The notes beneath the pieces are model-generated. The model did not search any database. It was given only the letters and a program-made list of their open reading frames with translations, and was not told where the DNA came from. This document shows positions 39,190 through 49,251 of a stretch of 64,000 nucleotides of DNA, in pieces. Location: positions 36,386-100,385 of the forward strand of contig JAGAXF010000020.1 of the NCBI GenBank assembly GCA_017941085.1, in the 5' to 3' direction. Each line of letters starts with the position of its first letter. Position 1 is the first letter of the stretch. Made by a program: the position numbers and the translations under genes. Source of the DNA: Bacillota bacterium. Its GTDB lineage: Bacteria; Bacillota; Clostridia; Peptostreptococcales; Anaerovoracaceae.

Positions 39190-41064
39190 ATGGAAGAGTA
39201 TATGAAAGAAAACAAAAAGAGAATAACCCTGTTTCTACTGGCTGCAATAGTCTTTGTGGTATCTGCCACTTTGGTTCTGGTAGGTGGAATTGCCATGTTC
39301 AATCTAACCAGCCTTCATGTTAGTGCCACCAGCAGTATGGAATATGGTTACGATGTTTATTATATTCATGGAGCGGAAGTCCATCCTCAAGAGTATTATT
39401 CCAAACTGGAGGACTACAGCATAATGGTGGAGATGAATGAGGAGGAAGAGGAACCTATCTCCTTTGAGGATTGGGAGGCGCAAGAGGGTCTAAAGGTAGA
39501 GCATGTAGATGCAGATTTTACCTTTAATGAAGAGCTTTACTCCGATTATATGGGGAAACTATGGATAACCGTGATTATCACCGGAATCCTTATGGTTATT
39601 TCCTTGATTGTGGGATGTATATATTCAGGGAAGAAAAAAGAAGATGGCACCATAGCCGTTAATTTCTTTGATAGAGTCTTCCTGGAGATACAAATTGTTT
39701 TAGCTGCCCTATCCCTGGTGGGTTGCTATGTGGTATTCGTTCTGCTGGATTCCTGGTTCCTCAGCAGCGGTACAGTGAGAAATATTGTGTCCGATTTATT
39801 CGACAACTATTCAAAGGTTTGGAACCTGCTTTCCTGGTATTCCTTTGAAGAGTATCACGGTGTTTATTGGGCTAATTTTCTTCAGCCCTCCTGGGTGCTG
39901 CTGCTTTTGGCCTTTATAGGTGGGGGATTGGTATTTACCCTTTTGTACTTGGTTATTACATCCGTTGTAAAGAAGCTTAAGGCACGTTGCCTCCTGCGCC
40001 ACACCATTCCCGGTGCCCTGGCCAGCGGAGTATCAAAGACCATGGCCAATAGTAAGAACCTTAGACTAAAGGTATATGGAGGAATAATTGGATTTGCATT
40101 TTTAGTGGCCCTAGATGTTGTCCTGGTGCTGTTAAGCCTGCTGGAAGGATCTGAATTCATCTCTATTTTGGCTATGCTGGCCGGTGGGGCGTTGCTTGTG
40201 GTTGTACTTCGTTTGGCAACAAAGCAGATTAAAAAGTTTGAATCCCTAAGGGAAGGGGTGGAAGAAGTTCAAGGAGGTAATTTCTCCTACAAGATTCCCG
40301 CCATAGAGGAAGGGGAGCTTGGCAGACTGGCGAAATCTATTAACGCCATTAGAGAGGCCCAGGAAGAGGCCATTAGAAATGAATTAAAAAGCGAGCGTCT
40401 CAGATCGGAGCTAATTTCAAACGTTTCCCACGATCTTCGAACTCCTCTTACTTCTATTATGTCCTATGTGGATCTATTAAAGAAAGAAGGACTGGATAGC
40501 CCTAAGGGAGAAGAATACTTAAACATTATCCAAGAGAAAACCAATAGGCTTCATCAACTTACCGACGATTTATTTGAAGCGGCAAAGGCTTCTAGCGGAG
40601 ACCTTCCCCTGAATATTGAAACCATTGATTTGGACGCCATGGCCCGTCAGGCCATAGCGGAGATGGAGGAAAACCTGTCTCAAAATAACATAGAGATAAT
40701 CTATAGTTGCAAAGCGGAGGAGTCGGAAGTTTTAGCCGACGGCAATTTGCTATGGAGAGTTATTGAAAATCTTTTTACCAACGTAGGAAAATATGCCTTG
40801 CCTAATACAAGGGCATATGTGGATATAATGGATAAGGGTGAAAGGTTGGAACTAAGTGTAAAGAATACCTCCAATGCTCCTCTGAACATCTCCAAGGAGG
40901 AGCTTATGGAGCGCTTCCAAAGGGGAGGCGCTTCCAGAAATACCGATGGAAGCGGCCTGGGGCTAGCCATTGCCAATGATCTTACGGAATTAATGCAGGG
41001 TCATTTCGACATATATATTGACGGTGATTTATTTAAGGCTACCCTGGACCTTGCCAAACCTTAG
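39190..41064 (+). CDS. Orphan multi-TM sensor histidine kinase
   Basis: SHDLRTPLTSI H-box, ENLFTNVGKY, ERFQRG and GSGLGL boxes; no adjacent response regulator. Confidence 0.9.
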   Translation: MEEYMKENKKRITLFLLAAIVFVVSATLVLVGGIAMFNLTSLHVSATSSMEYGYDVYYIHGAEVHPQEYYSKLEDYSIMVEMNEEEEEPISFEDWEAQEGLKVEHVDADFTFNEELYSDYMGKLWITVIITGILMVISLIVGCIYSGKKKEDGTIAVNFFDRVFLEIQIVLAALSLVGCYVVFVLLDSWFLSSGTVRNIVSDLFDNYSKVWNLLSWYSFEEYHGVYWANFLQPSWVLLLLAFIGGGLVFTLLYLVITSVVKKLKARCLLRHTIPGALASGVSKTMANSKNLRLKVYGGIIGFAFLVALDVVLVLLSLLEGSEFISILAMLAGGALLVVVLRLATKQIKKFESLREGVEEVQGGNFSYKIPAIEEGELGRLAKSINAIREAQEEAIRNELKSERLRSELISNVSHDLRTPLTSIMSYVDLLKKEGLDSPKGEEYLNIIQEKTNRLHQLTDDLFEAAKASSGDLPLNIETIDLDAMARQAIAEMEENLSQNNIEIIYSCKAEESEVLADGNLLWRVIENLFTNVGKYALPNTRAYVDIMDKGERLELSVKNTSNAPLNISKEELMERFQRGGASRNTDGSGLGLAIANDLTELMQGHFDIYIDGDLFKATLDLAKP

Positions 41065-41831
41065 GCCAATTCAATAGAGGCGCCGGCCTGTCGCATTTCT
41101 TCAAGAATGGTTGGATTGAGTTTGGAATCTGTTATGATGGAATCCACCTCCGTAATCCCACAACTTCTGTAAAAGCTGGTTTTGCCGAACTTGGTGCTGT
41201 CGGCTAAGGCTATACATAGGTTTGACTGAGATAGGAAGGTGGATCGATAGACTTCCACTGCTGCCAGGTCGTTTGTGAAGCCTTCGTTTACAGTGACGCC
41301 ATCGGTGCTTAAAAAGAATACATCCACCTTTGATACACTTTCCAGGAATTCCTTTAAAAACTCCCCGGAGGTTGTTCCTCTCTCTCCCAAAAAGCCGCCA
41401 ACCAAATAGACTTTATTGGTGGGATGCTCAAACAAAGCCGTAGCCAAAAGCACATCCTTGGTGATTATCACCAGGTTGTTTTTTTTGTTTAGCTCTCGTC
41501 CCAGCATTCTGGTGGTGGAGCCTATATCCACTGCAATGGTGGCACCGTCATTAACATAAGATATGGCCTTTCTTGCAATGGCTTCCTTCTCCTCCTGATG
41601 GTCGGTGGAGGGGATATAATTAAAGAAAGAGAAGCTGCTTTCGTCGGTTTCTCGTCCCACCAAAGTGGCCCCTCCGTACATTTTTATTAGAATGCCTTGC
41701 CTTTCCAGGGCGTCAAGATCTCTTCTTATGGTTTGAGAAGAAACATCAAAATGGGCGGCCAGGGCTTCGGTAGATACAAAGCCTTCCTCATTTATTAAAT
41801 CTATGATTTCTTGTTGTCTTACCTGTTTCAT
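41061..41831 (-). CDS. DeoR/GlpR family transcriptional regulator
   Basis: VSSQTIRRDL HTH, DIGSTT and ADSTKFG motifs. Confidence 0.92.
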   Translation of the reverse strand: MKQVRQQEIIDLINEEGFVSTEALAAHFDVSSQTIRRDLDALERQGILIKMYGGATLVGRETDESSFSFFNYIPSTDHQEEKEAIARKAISYVNDGATIAVDIGSTTRMLGRELNKKNNLVIITKDVLLATALFEHPTNKVYLVGGFLGERGTTSGEFLKEFLESVSKVDVFFLSTDGVTVNEGFTNDLAAVEVYRSTFLSQSNLCIALADSTKFGKTSFYRSCGITEVDSIITDSKLNPTILEEMRQAGASIELA

Positions 41832-42031
41832 TTTTATTCCTCATAATATGGAAGATACACAATATTTCTTACTTTTTACCACAAAAATCAACAAAAAACA
41901 ACACAGATAGCAGAAAACATTGAAAAATAGCCTGTTTTAAGGACCCTTCCCTTGCTTTTTATTTTTTTATGGGATATCATAACATATCTGTGGAGAATCA
42001 ATTTCTTATTATTTCGAAAGGGAGAAGAGAA

Positions 42032-43975
42032 ATGAAAAAATACAATATAAAAGGTATTGTGTCCCTGTTATTGATTTTGGTTATGGTTTTCTCCATGGCC
42101 GCCTGTGGAAGCAATACCAACGAAGGTGGAGGAAGCAGTCAGCCGACCAATCCCAATGGAGCTGGGGAAACGGAACCTAAGGAAATTAAGCTTACTGCAA
42201 GCCTGGGATTTGAACCGGAGACCCTGGACCCGGCTTTTAATACTGCTGTAGACGGAGCCTCCATGATAGTTCATCTGTTTTCAGGACTGGCAAAGTGGGA
42301 CCAGGATGAAAATGGCGCACTTAAGGTAGTTCCGGACCTGGCTCAGGAGCTTGTTGAAGGGGTAAGCAACGACAATGGAACAGTTACATATACATATACA
42401 TTAAAGGATGGAGTGAAATGGTCAGACGGTAAACCCGTTACGGCTCAGGACTTTGTTTACGCCTGGCAAAGAGCCTCCAACACCTCCACCGGTGCAGACT
42501 TTCAATATATGTTTCAGGTAATTGACGGATATAGCGAGGCGGATCCGGAGGCAAAACTAAATGCCAAGGCGGTGGATGAAAAAACCATAGAAATAACACT
42601 GGCAGCTCCCGTTTCCTATTGGAATGAGCTTTTGGCCTTCCCCACATATTTTCCTGTAAGAGAGGATGTGGTGGAGGATCCCCTGTGGGCAACAGAACCT
42701 TTGTCCCTTATTGGTAATGGCCCATATAAGATGACAGGTTGGGCTCACAATAGCATGATTACTTTAGAAAAGAATCCCAACTACCACGATCCGGACTCGG
42801 TAACCATGGAGAAGATAGAATTCTATCTTACAGATGATGCAGGGAACATGGTATCAAACTTTAGAACCGGTTCATGGAAGATAATCGATGATGTTCCGGC
42901 TAATGAAATTTCCACTTTAAAGGTGGAATATCCCGATGAATTTCAGGTGAAAGGACAAATCGGAACCTATGCCATTTGCTGGAATGTAAATAAGGAAATA
43001 CTGCCGGCAAATACCCAGTTAAAGGGAGAGGAAGCGGAGAAGGCCAGAGAAGAAATAAGAAAGGCTCTTTCCTTGCTTATAGACAGAAACTATATAGTAA
43101 ATGAAATAGGCCAGGCGGGACAGGTGCCGGCTTCCTCCTTTGTTGCCATGGGTATGACGGATACAGACGGAAAGGAATTTTACCAGAATGCCAATAAGGC
43201 AGCGGGAAATCCTTACCTTGGATATTTCAATACAGCTCCTTCCGCCATGGAAGGAAATATTGCTTCTGCCCTAGAGACTCTCAAGAAGTATTATGAGTTC
43301 GATGAGTCCGCAGAAATGTTTACCAATTTCCCTGAGATTACTTATCTCTATAATACTTCCCTGGGACACAAGGCCATTGGTGAATATATTCAGTCTGCCT
43401 TTGCCTTTGTTGGAATTCCCATGACTCTGGAAAATCTGGAGCATGGCAGCTTCCTGGAGGCTCGAAAAGAAGGGGATTTCTATTTAGCAAGAAACGGTTG
43501 GCTGGCGGATTATAATGATCCCATCTGTTTCCTGGAAATGTGGACCACCTTCTCCGGCAGCAATGATGCTCAGTTTGGCAGAGCAGGACATAAGGACTTA
43601 AAAATCTACAACCTGGATCTGACGGATTTGGAATATAAAACAAAGGTGGAAAATGGTACCTGGGCAGAGACCTATGATGTGCTTATTGACACCATCAACA
43701 AAGAGACAAATCCGGAGAAACGCTATGCCCTTATGCATAAGGCAGAGGATTTGCTTATGTCCACCGGTGCAGTATGCCCCATTTACTACTATACGGACAT
43801 TTATATGATAAACAAAGAGGTGGAGGGCTTTTACTCCAATCCTCTGGGATATAAATACATGATGCATACAAACCTGGTGGAGGTTGTGGAGGAAGCTTCT
43901 CAGGAAGGAGAAGAAGCCCAAAACCAGGGAGATGAATCCTCGGAAGAAAGTGCTGAAGACAAGGATCAAGGCTAG
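42032..43975 (+). CDS. Oligopeptide ABC substrate-binding lipoprotein (OppA-like, orphan)
   Basis: Lipobox MAAC, EPETLDPA, KWSDGKPVTAQDF and NGPYK motifs. ATG 42032 has an SD. Confidence 0.9.
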   Translation: MKKYNIKGIVSLLLILVMVFSMAACGSNTNEGGGSSQPTNPNGAGETEPKEIKLTASLGFEPETLDPAFNTAVDGASMIVHLFSGLAKWDQDENGALKVVPDLAQELVEGVSNDNGTVTYTYTLKDGVKWSDGKPVTAQDFVYAWQRASNTSTGADFQYMFQVIDGYSEADPEAKLNAKAVDEKTIEITLAAPVSYWNELLAFPTYFPVREDVVEDPLWATEPLSLIGNGPYKMTGWAHNSMITLEKNPNYHDPDSVTMEKIEFYLTDDAGNMVSNFRTGSWKIIDDVPANEISTLKVEYPDEFQVKGQIGTYAICWNVNKEILPANTQLKGEEAEKAREEIRKALSLLIDRNYIVNEIGQAGQVPASSFVAMGMTDTDGKEFYQNANKAAGNPYLGYFNTAPSAMEGNIASALETLKKYYEFDESAEMFTNFPEITYLYNTSLGHKAIGEYIQSAFAFVGIPMTLENLEHGSFLEARKEGDFYLARNGWLADYNDPICFLEMWTTFSGSNDAQFGRAGHKDLKIYNLDLTDLEYKTKVENGTWAETYDVLIDTINKETNPEKRYALMHKAEDLLMSTGAVCPIYYYTDIYMINKEVEGFYSNPLGYKYMMHTNLVEVVEEASQEGEEAQNQGDESSEESAEDKDQG

Positions 43976-43983
43976 AAATACTG

Positions 43984-44012
43984 AAGGGCCGGCATAGCCG
44001 GTCCTTTGGGTT
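43984..44012 (+). terminator. Probable terminator after the OppA-like gene
   Basis: AAGGGCCGGC-ATA-GCCGGTCCTT stem followed by T-rich sequence. Confidence 0.55.
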
Positions 44013-44080
44013 TTGGTTGAGTTTATTCAAAAGTTCATTTACAATATAAAGGTATATTATTTTTAATCAGGAGACATATT

Positions 44081-45733
44081 ATGAGCGAAGTAATGGCCAA
44101 CAATTTTATCCATAATTTTATAGACGAGGATCTGGCGGAGGGTAAGCACAAGGAAATAATAACCAGGTTTCCACCGGAACCAAATGGTTATCTCCATGTG
44201 GGACATGCCAAGTCCATATGCCTGAATTTTGGAACAGCCATGAAATATAATGGCAAATGCAACCTAAGATATGATGATACCAATCCTGTGAAAGAGGATG
44301 TGGAATATGTTGATGCTATTGAAGACGATATCAGGTGGCTGGGCTTTACCTGGAACAAGCAGCTATGGGCTTCCGATTATTTTGAAACCATGTATGAAGC
44401 TGCCGTTGAATTGATAAAAAAGGGTTTGGCTTTTGTGGATGACTTATCTGCAGAGGAAATTAAGGAACATAGAGGAACCCTTAAGGAACCGGGCAAGGAA
44501 AGTCCCTATAGAAATAGAAGTGTGGAGGAAAACCTGGCCCTCTTTGAGGAGATGAAGGAAGGTAAATATGCCGATGGAGAGAAGGTTCTTAGAGCAAAGA
44601 TAGATATGGCATCTCCCAACATCAATATGAGAGATCCTGTTATTTACAGAATTGTTCATGCTCCACATCACAATACGGGAGACAAGTGGTGCATCTATCC
44701 CATGTATGACTTTGCTCATCCGATAGAAGACGCCATTGAAGGCATAACCCATTCCCTGTGTACCATGGAATTTGAAGACCATAGACCTTTATATGACTGG
44801 GTTCTGGAAAAGGTAGGCTTCTGGCCCAATCCGCCTAGACAAATAGAATTTGCCAGACTGAACCTAACCAATACGGTAATGAGTAAGAGATATCTTAAGG
44901 CCCTTGTGGACGAGGGGAACGTTACAGGTTGGGACGATCCCAGAATGCCCACCATTGCCGGTCTTAGAAGAAGGGGATATACACCTGAGTCCATTAGGGA
45001 TTTCTGCGACAGAGTGGGAATAGCAAAGGCCAACAGCATGGTAGATATTTCTTTGCTGGAGCATTGCGTGAGAGAGGACCTGCAAAACAAAGTCCAGTCC
45101 AGAAATGTGGTGGAGGATCCCATCAAAGTTATAATCACCAATTATCCGGAAGATGAATCGGAAATGATCAAGGTGGAGAATAACAAGAATGTCCCGGAGA
45201 TGGGAGAAAGGGAAATACCCTTTTCAAGAGAACTCTATGTTGATGGAGCGGATTTCATGGAAGTGCCGGCTAAGAAATACTTCAGACTTTTCCCGGGAAA
45301 CGAGGTTAGGTTTAAGGGAGCCTATTTTATAAAGTGCGAAGAGGTTGTAAAGAACGAGGACGGCAGCATTAAGGAACTTCTGTGCACCTACGATCCGGAA
45401 ACAAAGAGCGGAGAAGGCTTTGATGGAAGAAAGGTGAAGGGCACTATTCACTTTGTGGATGCTAAGACGGCAGTTCCTGTAACCATCAGAAACTACGGAT
45501 ATCTAATGATTGAGGATGAGAATGGAGAGAATGTGCTTAATCCGGAATCCTTGATTGTTAAGGAAGGATTTGCAGAGCCTTCCCTGGGGGAATCAAATCC
45601 CGGAGAAAGATTCCAATTCTTCCGCCATGGGTATTATTATGCGGATCCCAAGGATCACAAGGCCAATGGAAGTAACCAGTTGGTGTTTAATCGAATCGTT
45701 GATTTAAAGAGCAGTTACAAACCCGGTAATTAA
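44081..45733 (+). CDS. glnS: Glutamine--tRNA ligase
   Basis: [28 protein letters not shown] and MSKR motifs. Confidence 0.96.
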   Translation: MSEVMANNFIHNFIDEDLAEGKHKEIITRFPPEPNGYLHVGHAKSICLNFGTAMKYNGKCNLRYDDTNPVKEDVEYVDAIEDDIRWLGFTWNKQLWASDYFETMYEAAVELIKKGLAFVDDLSAEEIKEHRGTLKEPGKESPYRNRSVEENLALFEEMKEGKYADGEKVLRAKIDMASPNINMRDPVIYRIVHAPHHNTGDKWCIYPMYDFAHPIEDAIEGITHSLCTMEFEDHRPLYDWVLEKVGFWPNPPRQIEFARLNLTNTVMSKRYLKALVDEGNVTGWDDPRMPTIAGLRRRGYTPESIRDFCDRVGIAKANSMVDISLLEHCVREDLQNKVQSRNVVEDPIKVIITNYPEDESEMIKVENNKNVPEMGEREIPFSRELYVDGADFMEVPAKKYFRLFPGNEVRFKGAYFIKCEEVVKNEDGSIKELLCTYDPETKSGEGFDGRKVKGTIHFVDAKTAVPVTIRNYGYLMIEDENGENVLNPESLIVKEGFAEPSLGESNPGERFQFFRHGYYYADPKDHKANGSNQLVFNRIVDLKSSYKPGN

Positions 45734-45738
45734 TAGAT

Positions 45739-46641
45739 ATGTTAAAGGTTTATAAAGGATTAAATATTGCCTATTATATAGTTTCAAGTTTTCTTGGAGT
45801 TATTCTGGCTCTTATATTGATTTCCATAAATGTAAATGAAATCCTGGCCCTGGTTATTATAGCTCTGTGGATTATTGTTAATAGCATAGTGTTTAATGCC
45901 ATAGCAAACAAACGAGGTGCAGCTTTAATTAATCTAAGGGATAGTTGCAATACCAGGTCCTTTGTTAATGAGTATGCCAAACTTCTTCCTAACCAAAAGG
46001 AAGGATCATCCTCAGATGCTTTAGTGAGACTTAATATGGCTGCGGGATATTTGGACCTGGGAGATGTTCAAGGGGCTATGAATATTATGAGCAGAGTAAA
46101 TCTTCCTGAGGCTAAATTCAATAATTTTGCCAAGGGATTGGCAGCGGTTTATCACAGCAATTTCTGTTTGGCCTTTATTAAATCCGGGGACATACCCATG
46201 GCTGAAAAGGCTTTGGCTGCTTGCTACAATGTGGTTAATGATGAAAAGTTTCCCCCGGCAGAGCGAGGAAAATTTTTAAAGTATTGTGCTCTTCGTCAGG
46301 CTCAGATTGATATTGCAACGGGTAATCCTGAAAGAATAGATGGAGCGGAGAAGGCCTTCCTGGACTACTTTCATTCCTCGGAAACTCTCCTGGAGAAAGT
46401 TTCCGCCGGTTATTGGCTGGCAAGAATTAAATACATGCAGGGAGACAGAGAGGAAGAAAAGAAATATCTTAACTATACCTATGCCAACGGAGGAGACACC
46501 ATGTATGGCATGGAAGCAAAGAGAATCCTGGAGGGCTATAAGGCTGAAGAAGCCTCCTATGGCAATTACATTGATGATATAACAGAGAGTATTCCTGAAG
46601 AAGAAGTAAGTCCGGAGAGTTTTTTAGATGAGAGCCTATAA
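45739..46641 (+). CDS. Hypothetical membrane protein, two N-terminal TMs plus TPR-like helical domain
   Basis: Hydrophobic N-terminus; repeats such as NMAAGYLDLGDVQGA; paralog of the next ORF. Confidence 0.65.
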   Translation: MLKVYKGLNIAYYIVSSFLGVILALILISINVNEILALVIIALWIIVNSIVFNAIANKRGAALINLRDSCNTRSFVNEYAKLLPNQKEGSSSDALVRLNMAAGYLDLGDVQGAMNIMSRVNLPEAKFNNFAKGLAAVYHSNFCLAFIKSGDIPMAEKALAACYNVVNDEKFPPAERGKFLKYCALRQAQIDIATGNPERIDGAEKAFLDYFHSSETLLEKVSAGYWLARIKYMQGDREEEKKYLNYTYANGGDTMYGMEAKRILEGYKAEEASYGNYIDDITESIPEEEVSPESFLDESL

Positions 46642-47443
46642 AGATATTTATTATAAATACATAACCTTTGCCATGATAGGGGCAATCCTTATTGGGGTTT
46701 CCGCCGGTTTCACATCCATTGATAAGAGAATACTGGTGGTTGCTCTTGCTGTTTGGTTAGTGGGAAATGCCCTGTTTTGGCAATTCCTTGCAATTAAAAG
46801 AAAGAAGGATTTGGAAAAGCTTCTTGATGAATGTAAGTTGGCAGACTATGTTGACTCCTATGAGGCTCTGGATCAAAGGTTTCCCAAGTTTGGGGACATG
46901 CAGAGCAAGGCGGATATAAAGCTAAACCTGGCGGAAGGTCTTTATGCCCATGGTGAATTTACCGAAATGAAGAGAGTCCTGGATTCTATAGAACTAAGGA
47001 AGTCTACGGATTTAAAGGACCTGGTACAAAAGGTTTCCTTCCATAATCTTCTGGCTCTTTATTACATAGAAAGGGGAGAACTGGGAATGGCAGAAGCTGA
47101 ACTTTCGGAATGCTATCCCCTGTTCGATTTTGTTAAGTTTAAGGAACCAAAGAGAAGTCAATGTCTGGAGTCCAGTGAAATCATTTATGCCACTTTGCAA
47201 CTTAAGAGAGGAGAGCTGGAGGGACTGGATAAGAAATTCAGAACCTGGATGACAGAGGTAAGTCGCCCCCTTACTAAGGTAATATGCAGCTATAGGCTGG
47301 GGGAAGTTTATACCAACCACAATATGACAGAGGAGGCCAATCAACAGTTTAACTTTGTTGTAAAATACGGTGGAGATTCATTTTTTGCAGAGAGGGCTGA
47401 GGCAGCTTTAAAAATCAAGGGTAAACATAGGCCCATGCTTTAA
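46628..47443 (+). CDS. Hypothetical membrane protein, two N-terminal TMs plus TPR-like helical domain
   Basis: NLAEGLYAHGEF, LALYYIERGELGMAE and YGGDS tail shared with the upstream ORF. Confidence 0.65.
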   Translation: MRAYKDIYYKYITFAMIGAILIGVSAGFTSIDKRILVVALAVWLVGNALFWQFLAIKRKKDLEKLLDECKLADYVDSYEALDQRFPKFGDMQSKADIKLNLAEGLYAHGEFTEMKRVLDSIELRKSTDLKDLVQKVSFHNLLALYYIERGELGMAEAELSECYPLFDFVKFKEPKRSQCLESSEIIYATLQLKRGELEGLDKKFRTWMTEVSRPLTKVICSYRLGEVYTNHNMTEEANQQFNFVVKYGGDSFFAERAEAALKIKGKHRPML

Positions 47444-47529
47444 GCGGTATTGACAAAATGCCCTGAAAATACCATAATATCAATGTATAAATAGAGATAA
47501 TAATTCGTTTATAATAGAAGGAGTAAGAC

Positions 47530-47685
47530 ATGAAGAGAATTAAAACAATTGAAACAAGAGATCTTAACAAGAGCATGGAAATGGGCGGCTGCGGAGAATG
47601 TCAAACCAGCTGTCAGTCTGCTTGCAAGACATCTTGCGGTGTAGCAAATCAGCCCTGCGAAAACCAGGAGTATGTTGCAGAATAA
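47530..47685 (+). CDS. scfA: SCIFF (six-Cys-in-45) ranthipeptide precursor, 51 aa (absent from the ORF track)
   Basis: Manual translation MKRIKTIETRDLNKSMEMGGCGECQTSCQSACKTSCGVANQPCENQEYVAE. SD AAGGAG. Confidence 0.97.
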   Translation: MKRIKTIETRDLNKSMEMGGCGECQTSCQSACKTSCGVANQPCENQEYVAE

Positions 47686-47697
47686 GAAAGGCTTAAT

Positions 47698-49251
47698 GTG
47701 ATACATCAGTATAAACTTAACGGATACAATGTTGTTTTAGACGTTTATAGCGGTGCGATACATGTGGTGGATGATGTAGCTTATGACATCATCCGTCTTT
47801 TTTGTGAGGAAAGTAAGGAAGAAATAGTATCCAAGGTTATGGAAAACCTAAGGTCCGGAGTCTATGGAGAGCCGGGAAGGCTGGGAACCGGAGAGGATGC
47901 AGAGGTGGTAAGGGAAGAAGACATCCTGGAATGCTATGAAGATGTTAAGGCCCTTAAAGAAGCCGGAAAACTCTTTACTGAAGACAATTTCCGCATTAAT
48001 GCAGGAATCCTTAAGGAAAAAAATTCGGATATAAAGGCTCTTTGCCTTCATGTGTCCCACGCCTGCGATTTAACCTGTTCCTACTGCTTTGCAGGGCAAG
48101 GACGGTTTAATGGTCCCAGCGCCCTTATGTCATTGGATGTGGGGAAAAGGGCCATAGATTTTTTAATAGAGAATTCAGGTACCAGACATAATCTGGAGGT
48201 GGATTTCTTTGGCGGGGAGCCACTCTTAAATTTTGATGTGGTTAAAGATATTGTAAAATACGCAAGAACGCGTGAAAAGGAAACCGGTAAAAACTTTAGG
48301 TTTACATTAACCACCAACGGTATGGGCATAGATGATGAGGTAATTGACTTTGCCAATAGGGAATGCCACAATGTGGTTCTTTCTCTGGACGGAAGAAGGG
48401 AAATCCACGACAGGGAAAGAAAGACTCAAGGGGGAAAGGGTAGCTATGACATTATAGTACCTAAGTTCCAGAAGTTGGTTGAAGCCAGAGTAGGAACAGG
48501 GGAGGAAGGCTCCCATATTGCTTTGGGACGAGATACCGGGAATACCAATTACTATATCAGGGGAACCTTTACCCATTACAATCCTGATTTTACCGAGGAT
48601 ATATTTCATATGACGGAATTGGGCTTTGATGAGCTATCCATGGAACCGGTAGTGACGGATCCCCAAAGTCCCTTTGCCCTTAAGGAAGAAGACCTTCCCG
48701 TTTTATTTAAGCAGTATGAGATATTGGCAGAGGAAATGCTGAAAAGGGAAAGGGAGTACAAAGAGAAAAGAAAAGAAGATAAGGGGTATAATCCTCCCAA
48801 GGGAAGGCAGCCCTTTACCTTTTATCACTATATGCTGGATTTGGAACATGGCCCTTGCATTCATAAGCGAATATCAGGCTGCGGTTCCGGTACGGAATAC
48901 TTTGCTGTAACGCCTTCAGGAGAGCTTTATCCCTGCCACCAGTTTGTGGGGGATGAAAAATATCTTATGGGGGATATTTGGAAGGGAATCTATAAGGAGC
49001 CTCTTAAGGAAGGTGAAAGGTCCGGAGAGGAGATCCGGGGAGAGTTTAAAAAATGCAATGTTTATGCCCGTCCCCAATGTGATGACTGCTGGGCAAAGTT
49101 TTATTGTAGCGGTGGATGTGCTGCCAACTCCTATCATGCCACAGGAAGCATTTTAGGTACCTATGACTATGGATGCAAACTCTTTATGAAGAGAATGGAA
49201 TGCGCCATTATGATGGAAGTGGCCAGAAGAGATTACGAGGAGAAGGAATGA
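47698..49251 (+). CDS. scfB: SCIFF radical-SAM/SPASM thioether maturase
   Basis: CDLTCSYC CxxxCxxC, FFGGEPL, GCGSG..PCHQF and C-terminal SPASM cysteines; directly after scfA; GTG start. Confidence 0.95.
   Translation: MIHQYKLNGYNVVLDVYSGAIHVVDDVAYDIIRLFCEESKEEIVSKVMENLRSGVYGEPGRLGTGEDAEVVREEDILECYEDVKALKEAGKLFTEDNFRINAGILKEKNSDIKALCLHVSHACDLTCSYCFAGQGRFNGPSALMSLDVGKRAIDFLIENSGTRHNLEVDFFGGEPLLNFDVVKDIVKYARTREKETGKNFRFTLTTNGMGIDDEVIDFANRECHNVVLSLDGRREIHDRERKTQGGKGSYDIIVPKFQKLVEARVGTGEEGSHIALGRDTGNTNYYIRGTFTHYNPDFTEDIFHMTELGFDELSMEPVVTDPQSPFALKEEDLPVLFKQYEILAEEMLKREREYKEKRKEDKGYNPPKGRQPFTFYHYMLDLEHGPCIHKRISGCGSGTEYFAVTPSGELYPCHQFVGDEKYLMGDIWKGIYKEPLKEGERSGEEIRGEFKKCNVYARPQCDDCWAKFYCSGGCAANSYHATGSILGTYDYGCKLFMKRMECAIMMEVARRDYEEKE

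Noticed and set aside
43976-44080. T-box leader upstream of glnS
   Set aside because: The intergenic region is about 100 bp and lacks the GGTGGNACCGCG T-box sequence.
47509-47706. 65-aa minus-strand ORF from the track
   Set aside because: Antisense shadow of scfA at 47530-47685(+).
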